Assembly: GCA_964486505.1 (NCBI GenBank)
Contig: CAZAMC010000003.1
Location: 139,120 to 203,119, forward strand
Reading direction: 5' to 3'
Source of the DNA: an uncultured Gammaproteobacteria bacterium
Lineage (GTDB): Bacteria > Patescibacteriota > Patescibacteriia > PEXW01
Length of the DNA stretch: 64,000 bases
Position numbers and translations under genes: made by a program. The notes under the pieces were generated by a model. It saw only the letters and a program-made list of their open reading frames with translations. It did no database searches and had not been told where the DNA came from. This document shows, one piece after another, positions 45,203 through 55,275 of the stretch (position 1 is the first letter of the stretch; every line of letters begins with the position of its first letter).

Positions 45203-45748
45203 CTACGCTGCCAATGACGCAATAATGAAAATTCCGAGCCCGTTGAGGAGAAAGGAGAGTGGCAAGAAGTACTTTTGGGGCATGTGCGAGAGCCCCAGGA
45301 GACCACTGCCGAGCTCATCAGGCAACGGAGAGGCGATGACCAGCGCACCCACTGCGGCGAGCGCCCACGCAATTGCCGGCTTACCAAAGTACTTCTCACG
45401 AAGCGTGGCGAAAAATGGACGCGTCGTTGTCTGTCGGACGAAGGCAAAGATGAGGGCATCGTAGAGCATGGCCCCCAACCCGCCCAGTAGTGCCAAGGAC
45501 CACGGTGACATGGTGGGTGCCGCATCAATGATCATGGCTGTAGCAAGCGGCGCGGTGAAACCAATGGTATAGAGCACGCCCGTAATGAACGCGCCGAGCG
45601 GCCCGCTCTCGGCAATGCCAAAGACCACGGACCGTAAGCCGGGCACCAGGAGGACCACCGCAACGAAGGCAAGGCCAAAAATGAAGAGGGTGAGCGGCAG
45701 CTGGTTTCGTACCACGCTCTTCTGTACCGGCTGAATAATGTCGACCAT
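45203..45748 (-). CDS. Hypothetical polytopic membrane protein
   Basis: Start chosen at MVDIIQPV; 5-6 hydrophobic helices; no recognised family. Confidence 0.5.
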   Translation of the reverse strand: MVDIIQPVQKSVVRNQLPLTLFIFGLAFVAVVLLVPGLRSVVFGIAESGPLGAFITGVLYTIGFTAPLATAMIIDAAPTMSPWSLALLGGLGAMLYDALIFAFVRQTTTRPFFATLREKYFGKPAIAWALAAVGALVIASPLPDELGSGLLGLSHMPQKYFLPLSFLLNGLGIFIIASLAA

Positions 45749-45816
45749 GAGAGTAGTGTAGCAAACGAAACCAGCCCCGCATTTGCGGGGCTGGTGCGGT
45801 GCGTTCAACTATTCTG

Positions 45817-46983
45817 CTAGTCGTCGTCTTCGACGCTGGCGTCCTGGGCTTCTTTAAAGAATACTCGTTCTGCGGTGAGCTTCTTCGTGTTGGACGTGTA
45901 CGTGCCCAGAACCTTCAGCTTGTCGCCCACAGTAATGTCGGCGAAGGTTCGCAAGCCGTTCTCATCCACGTACTTTGTCGCAGCGGTCACGATGACGGTA
46001 ATGTCACCGTAGCTCTTCTCCTTGGTGCGGAGTGTAAACGACGTTCCGTCGGTACCCAAGGCGAGAACCGTCCCCTGGACATCACCCCGCTTGATCTTCA
46101 AGCTGGAATTGCGTACGGACTTCGCGTTCATCGTGTTCGTGTCTGTAAGCGTGCCCCGAGCCTCTACCTTATCGCCGACCAAAAACTCTTCAATGGTCGC
46201 CGTCTTCAAGTAATGACGGTAGAGCTTCGTGCTGGAGGTCACGTTGACAGTCCAAGACGTTGTGGGCGTGGAGCTATTCTCCGAGGTACTGGCCTTCACC
46301 CCTTTCGAGCTCTTTCCCTTCACGGTAACGGTGAGAGTCGCGGGCAAACCGCCGTCCGTCAGGGTGATGGCACTCACGGTACCGCTAATCGTGCGCAGGT
46401 CAACGATGACCCGATCGGCATCAATGCGGCTGTCGGCTTTACGCCAAATCCCAATGACCTTCATGCGCTCACCATTCGTCAAGCTGGCACAGCCAATCTT
46501 TTCGCCCCCGCGAGTGAACTTGGTCGCAGTGGTGAAATACACGGTCTGCTGCGCCCGTTCGTCCGGCTTAAACGTGAATGAGTTGCTATCGCAATTCTTC
46601 TCAAGGAGCTTGCCCTTAAAGGTGCCCCCAATTCGCTGGATTGATACGTTCTTAATCCGCGTGGCATTTATGGTATTCGCGACGTCATTTGAGGGTGTGC
46701 CGCGAACTTCTACGCTGTCCCCAACCAAAAACTCACCGAGGTCGGATGTACCATTGTACTTCCGCACAACTGTGGTCGAACTCGTTATCTCTACTGTGTA
46801 GATTGTCGCCCCAGACTTCACTGTCATGGTGGCAGGAATGGTCGTGCCACTCATCGCTTGGATGGTGCCAACCACCCGCAAGGTGCTGCTACTAGTGTCC
46901 TCCGCTCGAACGGGCACGGCCGCTCCAAGCATAGCGGCGAGGGCGATAGCGCTCACGCCCGCTGTGAGAATGCGTTTTCGCAT
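45817..46983 (-). CDS. Secreted repeat protein (three related beta-rich modules)
   Basis: Signal peptide MRKRILTAGVSAIALAAMLGAAVPVRA; internal repeats ...EFLVGDSVEVRGT..., ...EFLVGDKVEARGT..., ...ITVGDKLKVLGT... Confidence 0.6.
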   Translation of the reverse strand: MRKRILTAGVSAIALAAMLGAAVPVRAEDTSSSTLRVVGTIQAMSGTTIPATMTVKSGATIYTVEITSSTTVVRKYNGTSDLGEFLVGDSVEVRGTPSNDVANTINATRIKNVSIQRIGGTFKGKLLEKNCDSNSFTFKPDERAQQTVYFTTATKFTRGGEKIGCASLTNGERMKVIGIWRKADSRIDADRVIVDLRTISGTVSAITLTDGGLPATLTVTVKGKSSKGVKASTSENSSTPTTSWTVNVTSSTKLYRHYLKTATIEEFLVGDKVEARGTLTDTNTMNAKSVRNSSLKIKRGDVQGTVLALGTDGTSFTLRTKEKSYGDITVIVTAATKYVDENGLRTFADITVGDKLKVLGTYTSNTKKLTAERVFFKEAQDASVEDDD

Positions 46984-47121
46984 AGTGCGTACATGGGTTA
47001 GGGAACGAGTGTTGCGAAGTATAGAATACGGACCAGCGTATAGGCAACCTTGCCGGACGCTATAACCTAGTACACTCGAACACAAAAAAACTTTCACGTC
47101 TACCGTGCCAATGTGCGAAAA

Positions 47122-48777
47122 CTAGGAAATTTCCTCGCGCTTTTCCTTAAGGTAACTAAACCACTCGTCAACGGCCTCCACGAACATCTTGAACGGTGCT
47201 TCGATAATGAAATCCAGGAAGAAAACAATGAAATTCACTTTCGGCACCTTCTTGGAGAACCACTGCCCTAAACGCAGGATCGGCAGGGAGAATGACGAGA
47301 GGAGAAGCAAAAATAAGTTCTCCCGACGATCGCGAAGGGTGAGCTCTTGAGCGAGACCCCGCACGCGCGTGCCAAACAGTGAGATAACCGAGAGGAAGAA
47401 AATAAAGACGACGATGGAAAGCCAGTTGAACTGCAAGGCGGTGAGGCCCCAGACAATGGCGCCAAAGGTGACAACGAAAGTCGCCAGGTAGAACAGGTAA
47501 AAGAAGAACGAGCGCAGTTTGCCCCGGGGCCGGGGTCGGAGCCGAGCGCCGAAGATTTCTCGCGGCGTGGTGGGACTCACAATTTCCTGCACAGCTTTTA
47601 CCACGAGCGCCGTATTCTCCTTACCAGGCAAGCGGGCGGAGAGAGCAATGGTGAACATGAGCACCGGGTGGAAAATGCTGTTGATGTAGATTGGCATGAG
47701 CGCCCGCTCACGCAGCACGAAGACTTCGTACGGCAACTCTATCGCCAGCGCCAGCATCATCTTGGTGATGAAGATGTAGATAATGCTCCGAACCGAGGTG
47801 CGGCGTAGGCGCGTCCGGGCCGTCTTCAGCTTGCTCTTCATGGCCTCCTCAACCGCTTCCTGCAGGGTAGCGGGATTCTGCAGGATGGCGTTGGCTTCCT
47901 GGGCGCCTTTCTCGCGAACTATGTCAGCCAAAATGAGAAACGGGATTGTGTACCGACGACAGATGACGAGCAGGCGTTCGGAGAGAGGATGGTTAATGCG
48001 CTCTTCAATGGACTCAACAAGCTTTGGAAATTTCTCTCGCACCTGTTCGGTAACGGCGTGATTGGGGTGCTCCCACTCGGGGAAGGCCCACTTGAAAAGG
48101 TGGTAACGGAGCACAGCGTCATCGCTCTTTATGAGCGCTCGGTGAATTGCCAAGTACACGAGTACATCTTGCTCCTGGCCAGCCGGCACGCTTTCGGGAA
48201 GTACGAGATTTGAACGAATCGTAGCGTACATGACTTCCACCAGGGCATCTTGCCGCGTACTGGGTGACAGCCGTTCTTCTAAATCGGCAGAAGCCACGCT
48301 GAGAATCCAACGAATATGCCGGCGGTCTTCCGGGTTCGTGCGCCGAAGCTGAAGGTGGTCCAGGAGCGCCAGGTACCGGTCCACGTAATTTTGGACGACG
48401 GCCACAAGTGTCTCAGGCAAAGCATTGTTGGGCAGGTACCGGCCACGAATGAGTTCGTAGATGAGCAGCCGAGCATCGACCATGGAACGATTCTCAACCA
48501 AGTACCGCCGCCGGAGAATGCGCTCAATGGCGTTCCGCCGCAACAGGTGCTCCTCATTGAACTCAATACTGTTGCGCAGCTTCTCGTAGAAGTACGCCAT
48601 CTTGCCAATGACTTCGTTGAGCTTAATGCGGGGCAAGCCTGGCGGCGCCTCCAAGTTCGGCAAAGGCTCTGCATAGCTCTGGAGGAGCTTCAGGGCGCTT
48701 TTCGGGAATGGGGAGCCTTCGGTCATATGGGTATCTCTATTGTAGCCGAAACCTACCACGTCGACGATGGATGACAA
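47122..48777 (-). CDS. Hypothetical protein, N-terminal ~330-aa helical domain + C-terminal multi-TM domain (551 aa)
   Basis: Long ORF with good coding composition but no RBS; 5-6 TM helices in the last 220 aa; no family recognised. Confidence 0.5.
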   Translation of the reverse strand: MSSIVDVVGFGYNRDTHMTEGSPFPKSALKLLQSYAEPLPNLEAPPGLPRIKLNEVIGKMAYFYEKLRNSIEFNEEHLLRRNAIERILRRRYLVENRSMVDARLLIYELIRGRYLPNNALPETLVAVVQNYVDRYLALLDHLQLRRTNPEDRRHIRWILSVASADLEERLSPSTRQDALVEVMYATIRSNLVLPESVPAGQEQDVLVYLAIHRALIKSDDAVLRYHLFKWAFPEWEHPNHAVTEQVREKFPKLVESIEERINHPLSERLLVICRRYTIPFLILADIVREKGAQEANAILQNPATLQEAVEEAMKSKLKTARTRLRRTSVRSIIYIFITKMMLALAIELPYEVFVLRERALMPIYINSIFHPVLMFTIALSARLPGKENTALVVKAVQEIVSPTTPREIFGARLRPRPRGKLRSFFFYLFYLATFVVTFGAIVWGLTALQFNWLSIVVFIFFLSVISLFGTRVRGLAQELTLRDRRENLFLLLLSSFSLPILRLGQWFSKKVPKVNFIVFFLDFIIEAPFKMFVEAVDEWFSYLKEKREEIS

Positions 48778-48799
48778 AATTGAGGCATGTTCGGCGTAC

Positions 48800-48875
48800 T
48801 GGGGTGGCCAATGGGATTTGAACCCACAACCACTGGTACCACAAACCAGTGCTCTACCATTGAGCTATGGCCACC
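48800..48875 (-). tRNA. tRNA-His (anticodon GTG) with genome-encoded G-1
   Basis: Reverse complement is G-GTGGCCATAGCTCAATGGTAGAGCACTGGTTTGTGGTACCAGTGGTTGTGGGTTCAAATCCCATTGGCCACCCCA: the extra 5' G pairs with discriminator C73. Confidence 0.9.
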
Positions 48876-48987
48876 CCAGCACGTCCAACCAAAGGAAAAA
48901 CAAAGAACGCGAATGCGTGCGCAGTGTACGATGAAACCCCGCTCACGTCAACGGAAAGGCTGCTCGGGGAGAGCAGCCTTCAAGGTA

Positions 48988-49389
48988 CTAGTAGCACTCG
49001 AGCTCGGCGTACGTGGCGTGGGGGTCCCACCGGGCATGACTCCGATACCGTTCAATCTCGGGCGGCGGTGTGAAGCCAAGCCGTCGCGCTAGGGAATCCA
49101 GCGTATTCAGCCGCGTGTGCAGCGAGTCGTAGCGGCACTCCAGGGCGTAGTTGTCGGTGGGAAACACCTGCCACTGCTTGGCGGTTTCGCACGCTTCATC
49201 GAGAAGCGAGCGTAAAACATTGGTCACCGCCTCCTGCGCCACTTGCGGGCGGTCGGGGGAGCAGGCAAAGGCTTCGGTGAATGCCGTAACGTCAGCTGGC
49301 GTGTGGAAGATGCTGTAGAACAGCAACCCACAACCGATGAGGAAAATAACCGCACACACGCTGGTAAGGGTTTTCGATCTGCCGAACAC
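48988..49389 (-). CDS. Hypothetical membrane-anchored protein (133 aa)
   Basis: N-terminal TM (VCAVIFLIGCGLLFYSIF) and several Cys residues; no family recognised. Confidence 0.45.
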   Translation of the reverse strand: MFGRSKTLTSVCAVIFLIGCGLLFYSIFHTPADVTAFTEAFACSPDRPQVAQEAVTNVLRSLLDEACETAKQWQVFPTDNYALECRYDSLHTRLNTLDSLARRLGFTPPPEIERYRSHARWDPHATYAELECY

Positions 49390-49467
49390 TGTTTACCTCC
49401 GGGTAATTGGTTTTAGGAAGTTTCCGGCTACGCTACCAAACCCACCCCTCCCTGTCAACCCGAGGCG

Positions 49468-49496
49468 TTGACACCCCCCGCCCGCTCTGGTACAGT
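49468..49496 (+). promoter_or_regulatory. Sigma70 promoter upstream of sigA
   Basis: TTGACA (49468-73), a 17-nt spacer, TACAGT (49491-96). Confidence 0.5.
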
Positions 49497-49547
49497 CCAC
49501 CGCTACAACAACAACCATTAACCGCTCGTTGAAAGGAGGTGAGCAGC

Positions 49548-50441
49548 GTGAGCAAGCTCCCCGACCATACGACTCGTGCAAAATTTACGCGCGAGACCGA
49601 TCCTAGTCTGGACCGCTACCTGAAGGAGATTGGCGAAACGCCGCTCATCACCCAGGACGAAGAGGTCCGCCTCGCCCGCAAAATAAAAGCGGGTGACAAG
49701 AAGGCGCTCGAAAAACTCACCAAGGCAAACTTGCGCTTTGTCGTGAGTGTCGCGAAGCAGTACCAGAACCAGGGCCTGCCCCTTCCAGACCTCATTAGCG
49801 AAGGGAACATCGGACTCATCAAAGCCGCACGTCGATTCGATGAAACGCGGGGCTACAAGTTTATTAGCTACGCAGTGTGGTGGATTCGCCAGGCAATATT
49901 GCAAGCCCTGGCGGAGCAAAGCCGCATTGTGCGCTTGCCGTTAAACCGCGTGGGCGTCCTGCACAAGATTGGCAAGGCTTCAACAAAGCTGCAACAGAAC
50001 TTGGGCCGGGCCCCTTCGGACGAGGAGCTCGCTGAGGAGCTCGACCTGAGCCTGCACGAAGTCGATGAAACGCGGCGGATCCAGAGCTCACACCTTTCGC
50101 TCGATGCGCCGTTCAGCGTCGGAGAGGAGAATTCCCTCATCGATGTTCTCGAGGATGCTCATGCGCTACCTGCCGACAAGATGCTGGACATGGAAGATCT
50201 GCGGAACTTGCTCGATAAAGCGCTGGAGTCGCTCAAAGGGCGAGAAGCCGAGGTGATTACCATGTACTTTGGCTTGAACGGCGAAAAGCCTATGACCCTG
50301 GAAGAAATCGGGGCTCACTTCAGCCTCACGCGTGAACGGGTACGGCAAATTAAAGAGAAAGCAATCCGCCGACTCAAGTTTGCCGCTCGCCGCCACGGGC
50401 TGGAAGACTACCTCGACCGCCTGAACCATCGCTCATCCTAA
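49548..50441 (+). CDS. sigA: RNA polymerase sigma factor, sigma-70 family (RpoD/SigA-like, short form)
   Basis: Regions 1.2 to 4: [19 protein letters not shown], region 2 ([37 protein letters not shown]...[10 protein letters not shown]), regions 3 and 4 ([26 protein letters not shown]). Preferred start is GTG at 49548 (GGAGG then 8 nt); the track start at 49539 overlaps the RBS. Confidence 0.9.
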   Translation: MSKLPDHTTRAKFTRETDPSLDRYLKEIGETPLITQDEEVRLARKIKAGDKKALEKLTKANLRFVVSVAKQYQNQGLPLPDLISEGNIGLIKAARRFDETRGYKFISYAVWWIRQAILQALAEQSRIVRLPLNRVGVLHKIGKASTKLQQNLGRAPSDEELAEELDLSLHEVDETRRIQSSHLSLDAPFSVGEENSLIDVLEDAHALPADKMLDMEDLRNLLDKALESLKGREAEVITMYFGLNGEKPMTLEEIGAHFSLTRERVRQIKEKAIRRLKFAARRHGLEDYLDRLNHRSS

Positions 50442-50480
50442 AAGCCGTCCCCAATACCTGGAGACGGCTTTTCTTTTTTC
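50441..50480. terminator. Bidirectional terminator (sigA / anti-sigma convergent pair)
   Basis: AAAAGCCGTC...GACGGCTTTTCTTTTTT. Confidence 0.55.
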
Positions 50481-50487
50481 TCGTGTG

Positions 50488-51957
50488 TTACCGACTGTCA
50501 GGAGCAACCGCTGGGGCGTCCACTGCGGCCGATCCTTCGCGGGCGGGCAGAATGGTAGTCTGCTGATCTAGCACCGCCGTGACGAGCGGCACCACGATTG
50601 CGGTGCGGTAGAGTTGCTCACCCTGTGGCGCTTTGGTAATGGGGAAGACGAGCGCAGGAATGAGGTACTCGGTATTCGTCTGCTCTATCTGGTAACGGCT
50701 GGGGTAGTAGCCCAGGGTGGGTGTACCGACCTCCACCTGTACCTTCTGCACGTTCTGATCGGTGATGGTCGAGCCGTACATCCCGCCTCGCTTCACCACG
50801 TCCAGCACCTGTGCTGTATCACTAATCAATGGGTACGCCGACGACTCGTACTGCAAACTCGTGAGGTTATTCACCGATGTCACCCGGTTGAGCGTCAGGT
50901 CAATGTCCACCGTGAGGCCCATGGGGTAGCCATTCTCGTTGACGACCGCCGTACCATTGACAACCAGCGGGTATACCACCTGCACGCTCTGCACGTACCC
51001 CAGACCGGCCTTCACCGACGTTTCACCGTAGCCCAAGAAGTACTTCGGCACTGCCGGCGCGCCATATGCGCTCCGAGGAATACCGTACTGATCCAAGAAG
51101 GCGTTCGCTGTGGCAATCAGCTGGTCGTCGCTCGGCAGCGTCGGCCCGCTGTTTACATTCGCCACCGCCTCGCGCAGCGGCTGCGTCCAGCGCTCCCAAT
51201 TCTGGTAGAGCCCAATGGATCCGTCCCGCAGGTCAATGCTCACTGCGTACCCTTGGTCCTTGTCCTCGGCGAGCGCAATTTGCTGCACCGTAAGCTGAGA
51301 GAACTTCTCCAAGTCCACGAGCCCGAGGTTCGCGCTCTGCACAATTGCATTGAGCGTGCTGCTCGGCAGCTGATTGGTGCGCTTCAGTACGGAAGCCGTG
51401 GGAATGGCGAACTGCGAACCGGTGTACACGTACACGTAGGTTTTGGCCGGCACCGGCGCAATGAGCGATGACGGAGCACTAGAGTCAGCCATGGACTTAA
51501 CGGACGACGTGCTGCCACCTGAGCCCAGCCCTTCCCCTAAGCGTGCTGATTCCTGCGCCACCGGGTTGCTACTGAAATTTCCAAAAGCGCCGGCGTCACG
51601 ACTCGTCACCGCTACCCGTGGGGCAGTGGCACCGTCGTCGGTCGCGATGGATGCTGGCTCAGTGCGCGTGACGTATGCGTAGGTACCAATACCCACAACG
51701 GCCAAAGCGAACACGCTGAAGAGGGCGTAAGAAAACTTGCGCATAGTGAAGAAGGGTGAAGAGTGAGCGGGGGAATGGCGCGCCTCACGCGCTGCAAGCT
51801 GCTGACGCATCTGGTCACGAAATGCGGGGTCCAGGTGCGCGTCGGGTTTGGTTGCCAAGAGTTTCTGGATGATAGGCACGAGCTCGGCCTCGCGCTCGCG
51901 GAGTGACGGCTCCACGGCGTAGAGGTCGGCGAGGATGTCTTGCAGGAGATCAGGCAT
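50488..51957 (-). CDS. Putative anti-sigma factor (N-terminal cytoplasmic domain, single TM, large extracytoplasmic domain)
   Basis: 8-nt overlap with the upstream ECF sigma gene; TM at KFSYALFSVFALAVVGIGTYAYV; about 390-aa extracellular domain. Confidence 0.6.
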   Translation of the reverse strand: MPDLLQDILADLYAVEPSLREREAELVPIIQKLLATKPDAHLDPAFRDQMRQQLAAREARHSPAHSSPFFTMRKFSYALFSVFALAVVGIGTYAYVTRTEPASIATDDGATAPRVAVTSRDAGAFGNFSSNPVAQESARLGEGLGSGGSTSSVKSMADSSAPSSLIAPVPAKTYVYVYTGSQFAIPTASVLKRTNQLPSSTLNAIVQSANLGLVDLEKFSQLTVQQIALAEDKDQGYAVSIDLRDGSIGLYQNWERWTQPLREAVANVNSGPTLPSDDQLIATANAFLDQYGIPRSAYGAPAVPKYFLGYGETSVKAGLGYVQSVQVVYPLVVNGTAVVNENGYPMGLTVDIDLTLNRVTSVNNLTSLQYESSAYPLISDTAQVLDVVKRGGMYGSTITDQNVQKVQVEVGTPTLGYYPSRYQIEQTNTEYLIPALVFPITKAPQGEQLYRTAIVVPLVTAVLDQQTTILPAREGSAAVDAPAVAPDSR

Positions 51958-52480
51958 AGGGGTGGGTGGTGAAAAAAATGAGAAGAGCTACAAGGGGGAG
52001 GCTGGCGTGCAATGTGCGCACACTTCGCGAGAAAGCCATTTTTACACTCGCCTCAGTCTTGCCAAGAATTTCGGCGATTTCGGCATGCGTGAGTCCATCC
52101 CATACCCGCATGAGCACAATGTCACGCTGCTCGCTTGGAAGTTTCTCCAGCTCAACCAGAACCTTTTCAAGCTGGATACGGCGCGCTGCATCCTGCGCGG
52201 GGTTGCTTGTGCTGGCCACGTCGCTCGCGTGGTCCAGATCGACGTGTGGCCGGTGTGTGCGGTAGTGGTCGGTGATGGTATTGCGTGCAATGCGGTACAA
52301 CCACGCCCGCACGTTCCCACCGTCGAAGCTGGCATACTTATCCAGTGCCTTCAAGAATGTCGTACTCGTAAGGTCTTCGGCAATTTCACGGTGCTGCACG
52401 CGGTAGTAGACGAAGGCGTAGATCTTCTCCACGTACGCGTCGTACACCTCGGCAAAGCCCATAGATGCATCAGTGGCCAT
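51950..52480 (-). CDS. ECF (extracytoplasmic function) sigma-70 family sigma factor
   Basis: Region 2 (VYYRVQHREIAEDLTSTTFLKA...LYRIARNTITDHYR) and region 4 (EQRDIVLMRVWDGLTHAEIAEILGKTEASVKMAFSR). Confidence 0.85.
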   Translation of the reverse strand: MATDASMGFAEVYDAYVEKIYAFVYYRVQHREIAEDLTSTTFLKALDKYASFDGGNVRAWLYRIARNTITDHYRTHRPHVDLDHASDVASTSNPAQDAARRIQLEKVLVELEKLPSEQRDIVLMRVWDGLTHAEIAEILGKTEASVKMAFSRSVRTLHASLPLVALLIFFTTHPYA

Positions 52481-52565
52481 GCTATTAGGTTGTCAGGTAG
52501 AAGCTTCCTGTACTATACAACGATAAAAACCGGCAATGGTAACCGGCCGGGTTGAGCAAACATGT

Positions 52566-53375
52566 CTACCGTGCTTGCCGCCGGAAAATTGACGTGGTAG
52601 CAGTGAGCCCGACCACGAGAATGATGAGGCTCCACACCACAGTCCACCAGACGTGGTTTTCGACTGGTGTGCCAACCAGTAATCCGCGGATAGACTCAAT
52701 GAGGTGCGTGAGGGGCTGGTTCTCGGCAAAGACGCGCAGCCACGATGGCATGGTTTCGACCGGTACAAAGGCGCTGCTGACAAACGTGAGGGGGAAAATG
52801 AGGATGAAGCCGAATTGCTGGACGAACTGAATAGACTTGCCAATGAGTGCCACGATGACGAACAGCCACGAAAGCGCGAACGAGAAGAGCAGCAGCAGGC
52901 CAATGGCCAGCGCCCACTCGGCCAGGTTCGCTTCGGGACGGAAGCCCACGGCCAAACCCGCACCAATCATAACCGCCATGGCCAGGAGGTTGCGAAACAA
53001 GTCGGCGACGACGTGGCCGGTGAGCACGGCGCTCTTCACCATAGGCAACGATCGGAAGCGGTCCATAATCCCTTTCTCCAAATCAATAGCCACGCTGTAG
53101 CTCGAAATGGTTGAACCAAAGGCTGCGGTTTGCACGAAGATGCCAGCCATGAGGAAGTTGACGTAGCTCACGCCCCCGGTATCAATCGCCCCACCAAAGA
53201 CGAAACGGAATAGCACAACAAACATAATCGGCTGGATCGTGAGGCCCAGGAGCTGCTCTGGGTCTTGCCGGATTTGCAGCAGGCTGCGCTTCACCATCAC
53301 CCAGCTGTCGGTGAAGAACCAAGCTAGGCTAGATCGTTTGAGTTGCGGGATCTTGCTGGCAATTGTCGTAGCCAT
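52566..53375 (-). CDS. ABC-2 type transporter permease
   Basis: Six TM helices, ABC2_membrane-like; RBS GGAGGAG; its start overlaps the stop of the ATPase gene (TAATG). Confidence 0.8.
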   Translation of the reverse strand: MATTIASKIPQLKRSSLAWFFTDSWVMVKRSLLQIRQDPEQLLGLTIQPIMFVVLFRFVFGGAIDTGGVSYVNFLMAGIFVQTAAFGSTISSYSVAIDLEKGIMDRFRSLPMVKSAVLTGHVVADLFRNLLAMAVMIGAGLAVGFRPEANLAEWALAIGLLLLFSFALSWLFVIVALIGKSIQFVQQFGFILIFPLTFVSSAFVPVETMPSWLRVFAENQPLTHLIESIRGLLVGTPVENHVWWTVVWSLIILVVGLTATTSIFRRQAR

Positions 53376-54328
53376 TATGTAGTCTCCTCCGTTTTTATCT
53401 CCGCTTCATGGCCGGTAAGCTTCAAGAAAACGTCATCCAGTGTTGGTCGGTGGGTGGCAATGCTCTTCACGTTGACGTGCGCTTCATCAAACTGGTCCAG
53501 TATCGAGCGGAGTTGGTGCACGCCGTGCTCAACCGGAAATTGTAGGGTTTGGGTTGCTGCATTGCGCAAGCTCGCTTGCTGGCCGAGTACAGTCAACGCT
53601 TTGGCATAGTCGGCGTCGGTTTCCATAACCACCTCCAGCTGTTCGCGGCCAACCTTGTCTTTGAGCTCGTCGGCCGTGCCCATGGCAATGACAACCCCTT
53701 TGTCGATAACCGCGATTGTGTCGGCCAGCTGGTCCGCTTCTTCTAGGTACTGCGTAGTGAGCAGAATGGTGGTGCCCCTTTCCACAAGCTCCTCGATAAT
53801 CGCCCACATGGTGTTGCGGCTGTGCGGATCCAGACCGGTCGTCGGTTCGTCTAAGAAAATAATGGGCGGCGTGACAATGAGGCTGGCCGCCAAATCAAGG
53901 CGGCGGCGCATCCCGCCGGAATATTTTTTAACCGCCCGGCCCGCTGCATCCAGCAGTTCAAAACGCTCAAGCAGCTCTTGCGCCCGGCGCTTCGCGTCGG
54001 CGGCGCTAATGTGGTAGAGCCGACCAATGATTTCCAGATTTTCCCGCCCAGTGAGCTTTTCATCCACTGCGGCAAATTGACCGGTGAGACCGATGATGCC
54101 GCGAACGTCGTTGGCTTGTTTCACGACGTCAAAACGACCAACCGTTGCGGTGCCGCTATCGAGCTTGAGGAGGGTGGTGAGAATGCGAACAATCGTGGTC
54201 TTGCCAGCACCGTTGGGGCCGAGCAGGGCAAAAACCGTTCCAGTAGGAACTTCCAGATTTACGCCTTTAAGGACTTTCGTATCCCCAAAAGACTTGTGGA
54301 GGTTGCTTACGGTGATCGCGGGGGTCAT
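53375..54328 (-). CDS. ABC transporter ATP-binding protein (DrrA-like)
   Basis: Walker A GPNGAGKTT, signature YSGGMRRRL, Walker B IIFLDEPTTGLD and the H-loop. Confidence 0.9.
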   Translation of the reverse strand: MTPAITVSNLHKSFGDTKVLKGVNLEVPTGTVFALLGPNGAGKTTIVRILTTLLKLDSGTATVGRFDVVKQANDVRGIIGLTGQFAAVDEKLTGRENLEIIGRLYHISAADAKRRAQELLERFELLDAAGRAVKKYSGGMRRRLDLAASLIVTPPIIFLDEPTTGLDPHSRNTMWAIIEELVERGTTILLTTQYLEEADQLADTIAVIDKGVVIAMGTADELKDKVGREQLEVVMETDADYAKALTVLGQQASLRNAATQTLQFPVEHGVHQLRSILDQFDEAHVNVKSIATHRPTLDDVFLKLTGHEAEIKTEETT

Positions 54329-54422
54329 GGTGAACTCCGATGGTTAGAGTATGAGTATAGCAAATGCCAGGGAAGCGATGAAGTCTCCCGCTCTAATCCA
54401 TGGGCATCGCAGTCCCCGGTGG

Positions 54423-54821
54423 CTAACGAATCCGCACTAATTTCCCTTTACGTTTGATAATATTCTTGTAATCCCACTGGATGGTTTTGGCTTTGCGTAA
54501 CCAGCGTTTGATCTCTGCGCGTTTCAGTTCTCTGCTGGTCGTGTAGGTAATGCCAGCGGCCTTAAATTTTTTAACGTTGCCAACTGGAAAAAGATGTGGC
54601 TCAGAAAACGACATACCGCTCCAGAACATCAGCTGCACGCCCTGCTTACGCAGCGAATAGCCAACAATTGGGTTCCCGGCTAGGAACCACACGGGCCCGC
54701 CGTGCCACACTTTACTCTCAGCTTTTGGGAGTGAGGCATCAATCACCCGACGTAAGGCATTGCAAATGCTCTGCACATTCTTTGTTTGCGAGCGGTTGTA
54801 GGTAGTAATTGCGTTGGTCAT
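54423..54821 (-). CDS. DUF1801 (YdhG-like) domain protein
   Basis: Start chosen at MTNAITTYNRSQ...; ...ESKVWHGGPVWFLAGNPIVGYSLRKQGVQLMFW... matches the DUF1801 pattern. The track ORF's N-terminal extension overlaps tRNA-Ala and was trimmed. Confidence 0.65.
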   Translation of the reverse strand: MTNAITTYNRSQTKNVQSICNALRRVIDASLPKAESKVWHGGPVWFLAGNPIVGYSLRKQGVQLMFWSGMSFSEPHLFPVGNVKKFKAAGITYTTSRELKRAEIKRWLRKAKTIQWDYKNIIKRKGKLVRIR

Positions 54822-54924
54822 AGCTGGATCGTAGCAAGTGCAAGCACCTCGTTGCAATGCGTTAGCAATTCTTATGAAAAATACTGCACTTGTAAAACAG
54901 GGAGTGCGCTTCGTATAGTGTTCC

Positions 54925-54999
54925 TGGTGGACCGTAGCGGATTTGAACCGCTGACCCCCGCATTGCAAATGCGGTGCTCTACCGCTGAGCTAACGGCCC
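54925..54999 (-). tRNA. tRNA-Ala (anticodon TGC)
   Basis: Reverse complement is GGGCCGTTAGCTCAGCGGTAGAGCACCGCATTTGCAATGCGGGGGTCAGCGGTTCAAATCCGCTACGGTCCACCA: G3:U70, anticodon TGC. Confidence 0.9.
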
Positions 55000-55275
55000 T
55001 TAGAGGGAATCAGTCGTTTCTTCCTGCGGCGTAACCGTAGGCTCGTTCGGATTGAACACCTTTTGCAAGCCTTTGCCAAGCCCACCGCTCATGAGCAGGA
55101 AGGCCAGGATGATAAGGAAAACGCCGACAAGCTTGTACATGAGACGCGTACCGCCATCACTGCCCAGGTGTTGCTCGGCCCACTCAATGCGGCCCAGGTT
55201 GTTCATGAGCCATTCCGACTTCCAGATGATGACGAAGCCAATGGCGATGACGATGATACCAACGAGGTATTTCAT
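55000..55275 (-). CDS. Small two-TM membrane protein (91 aa)
   Basis: Start chosen at MKYLVGIIVIAIGFVII; second TM at LVGVFLIILAFLLM. Confidence 0.4.
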   Translation of the reverse strand: MKYLVGIIVIAIGFVIIWKSEWLMNNLGRIEWAEQHLGSDGGTRLMYKLVGVFLIILAFLLMSGGLGKGLQKVFNPNEPTVTPQEETTDSL

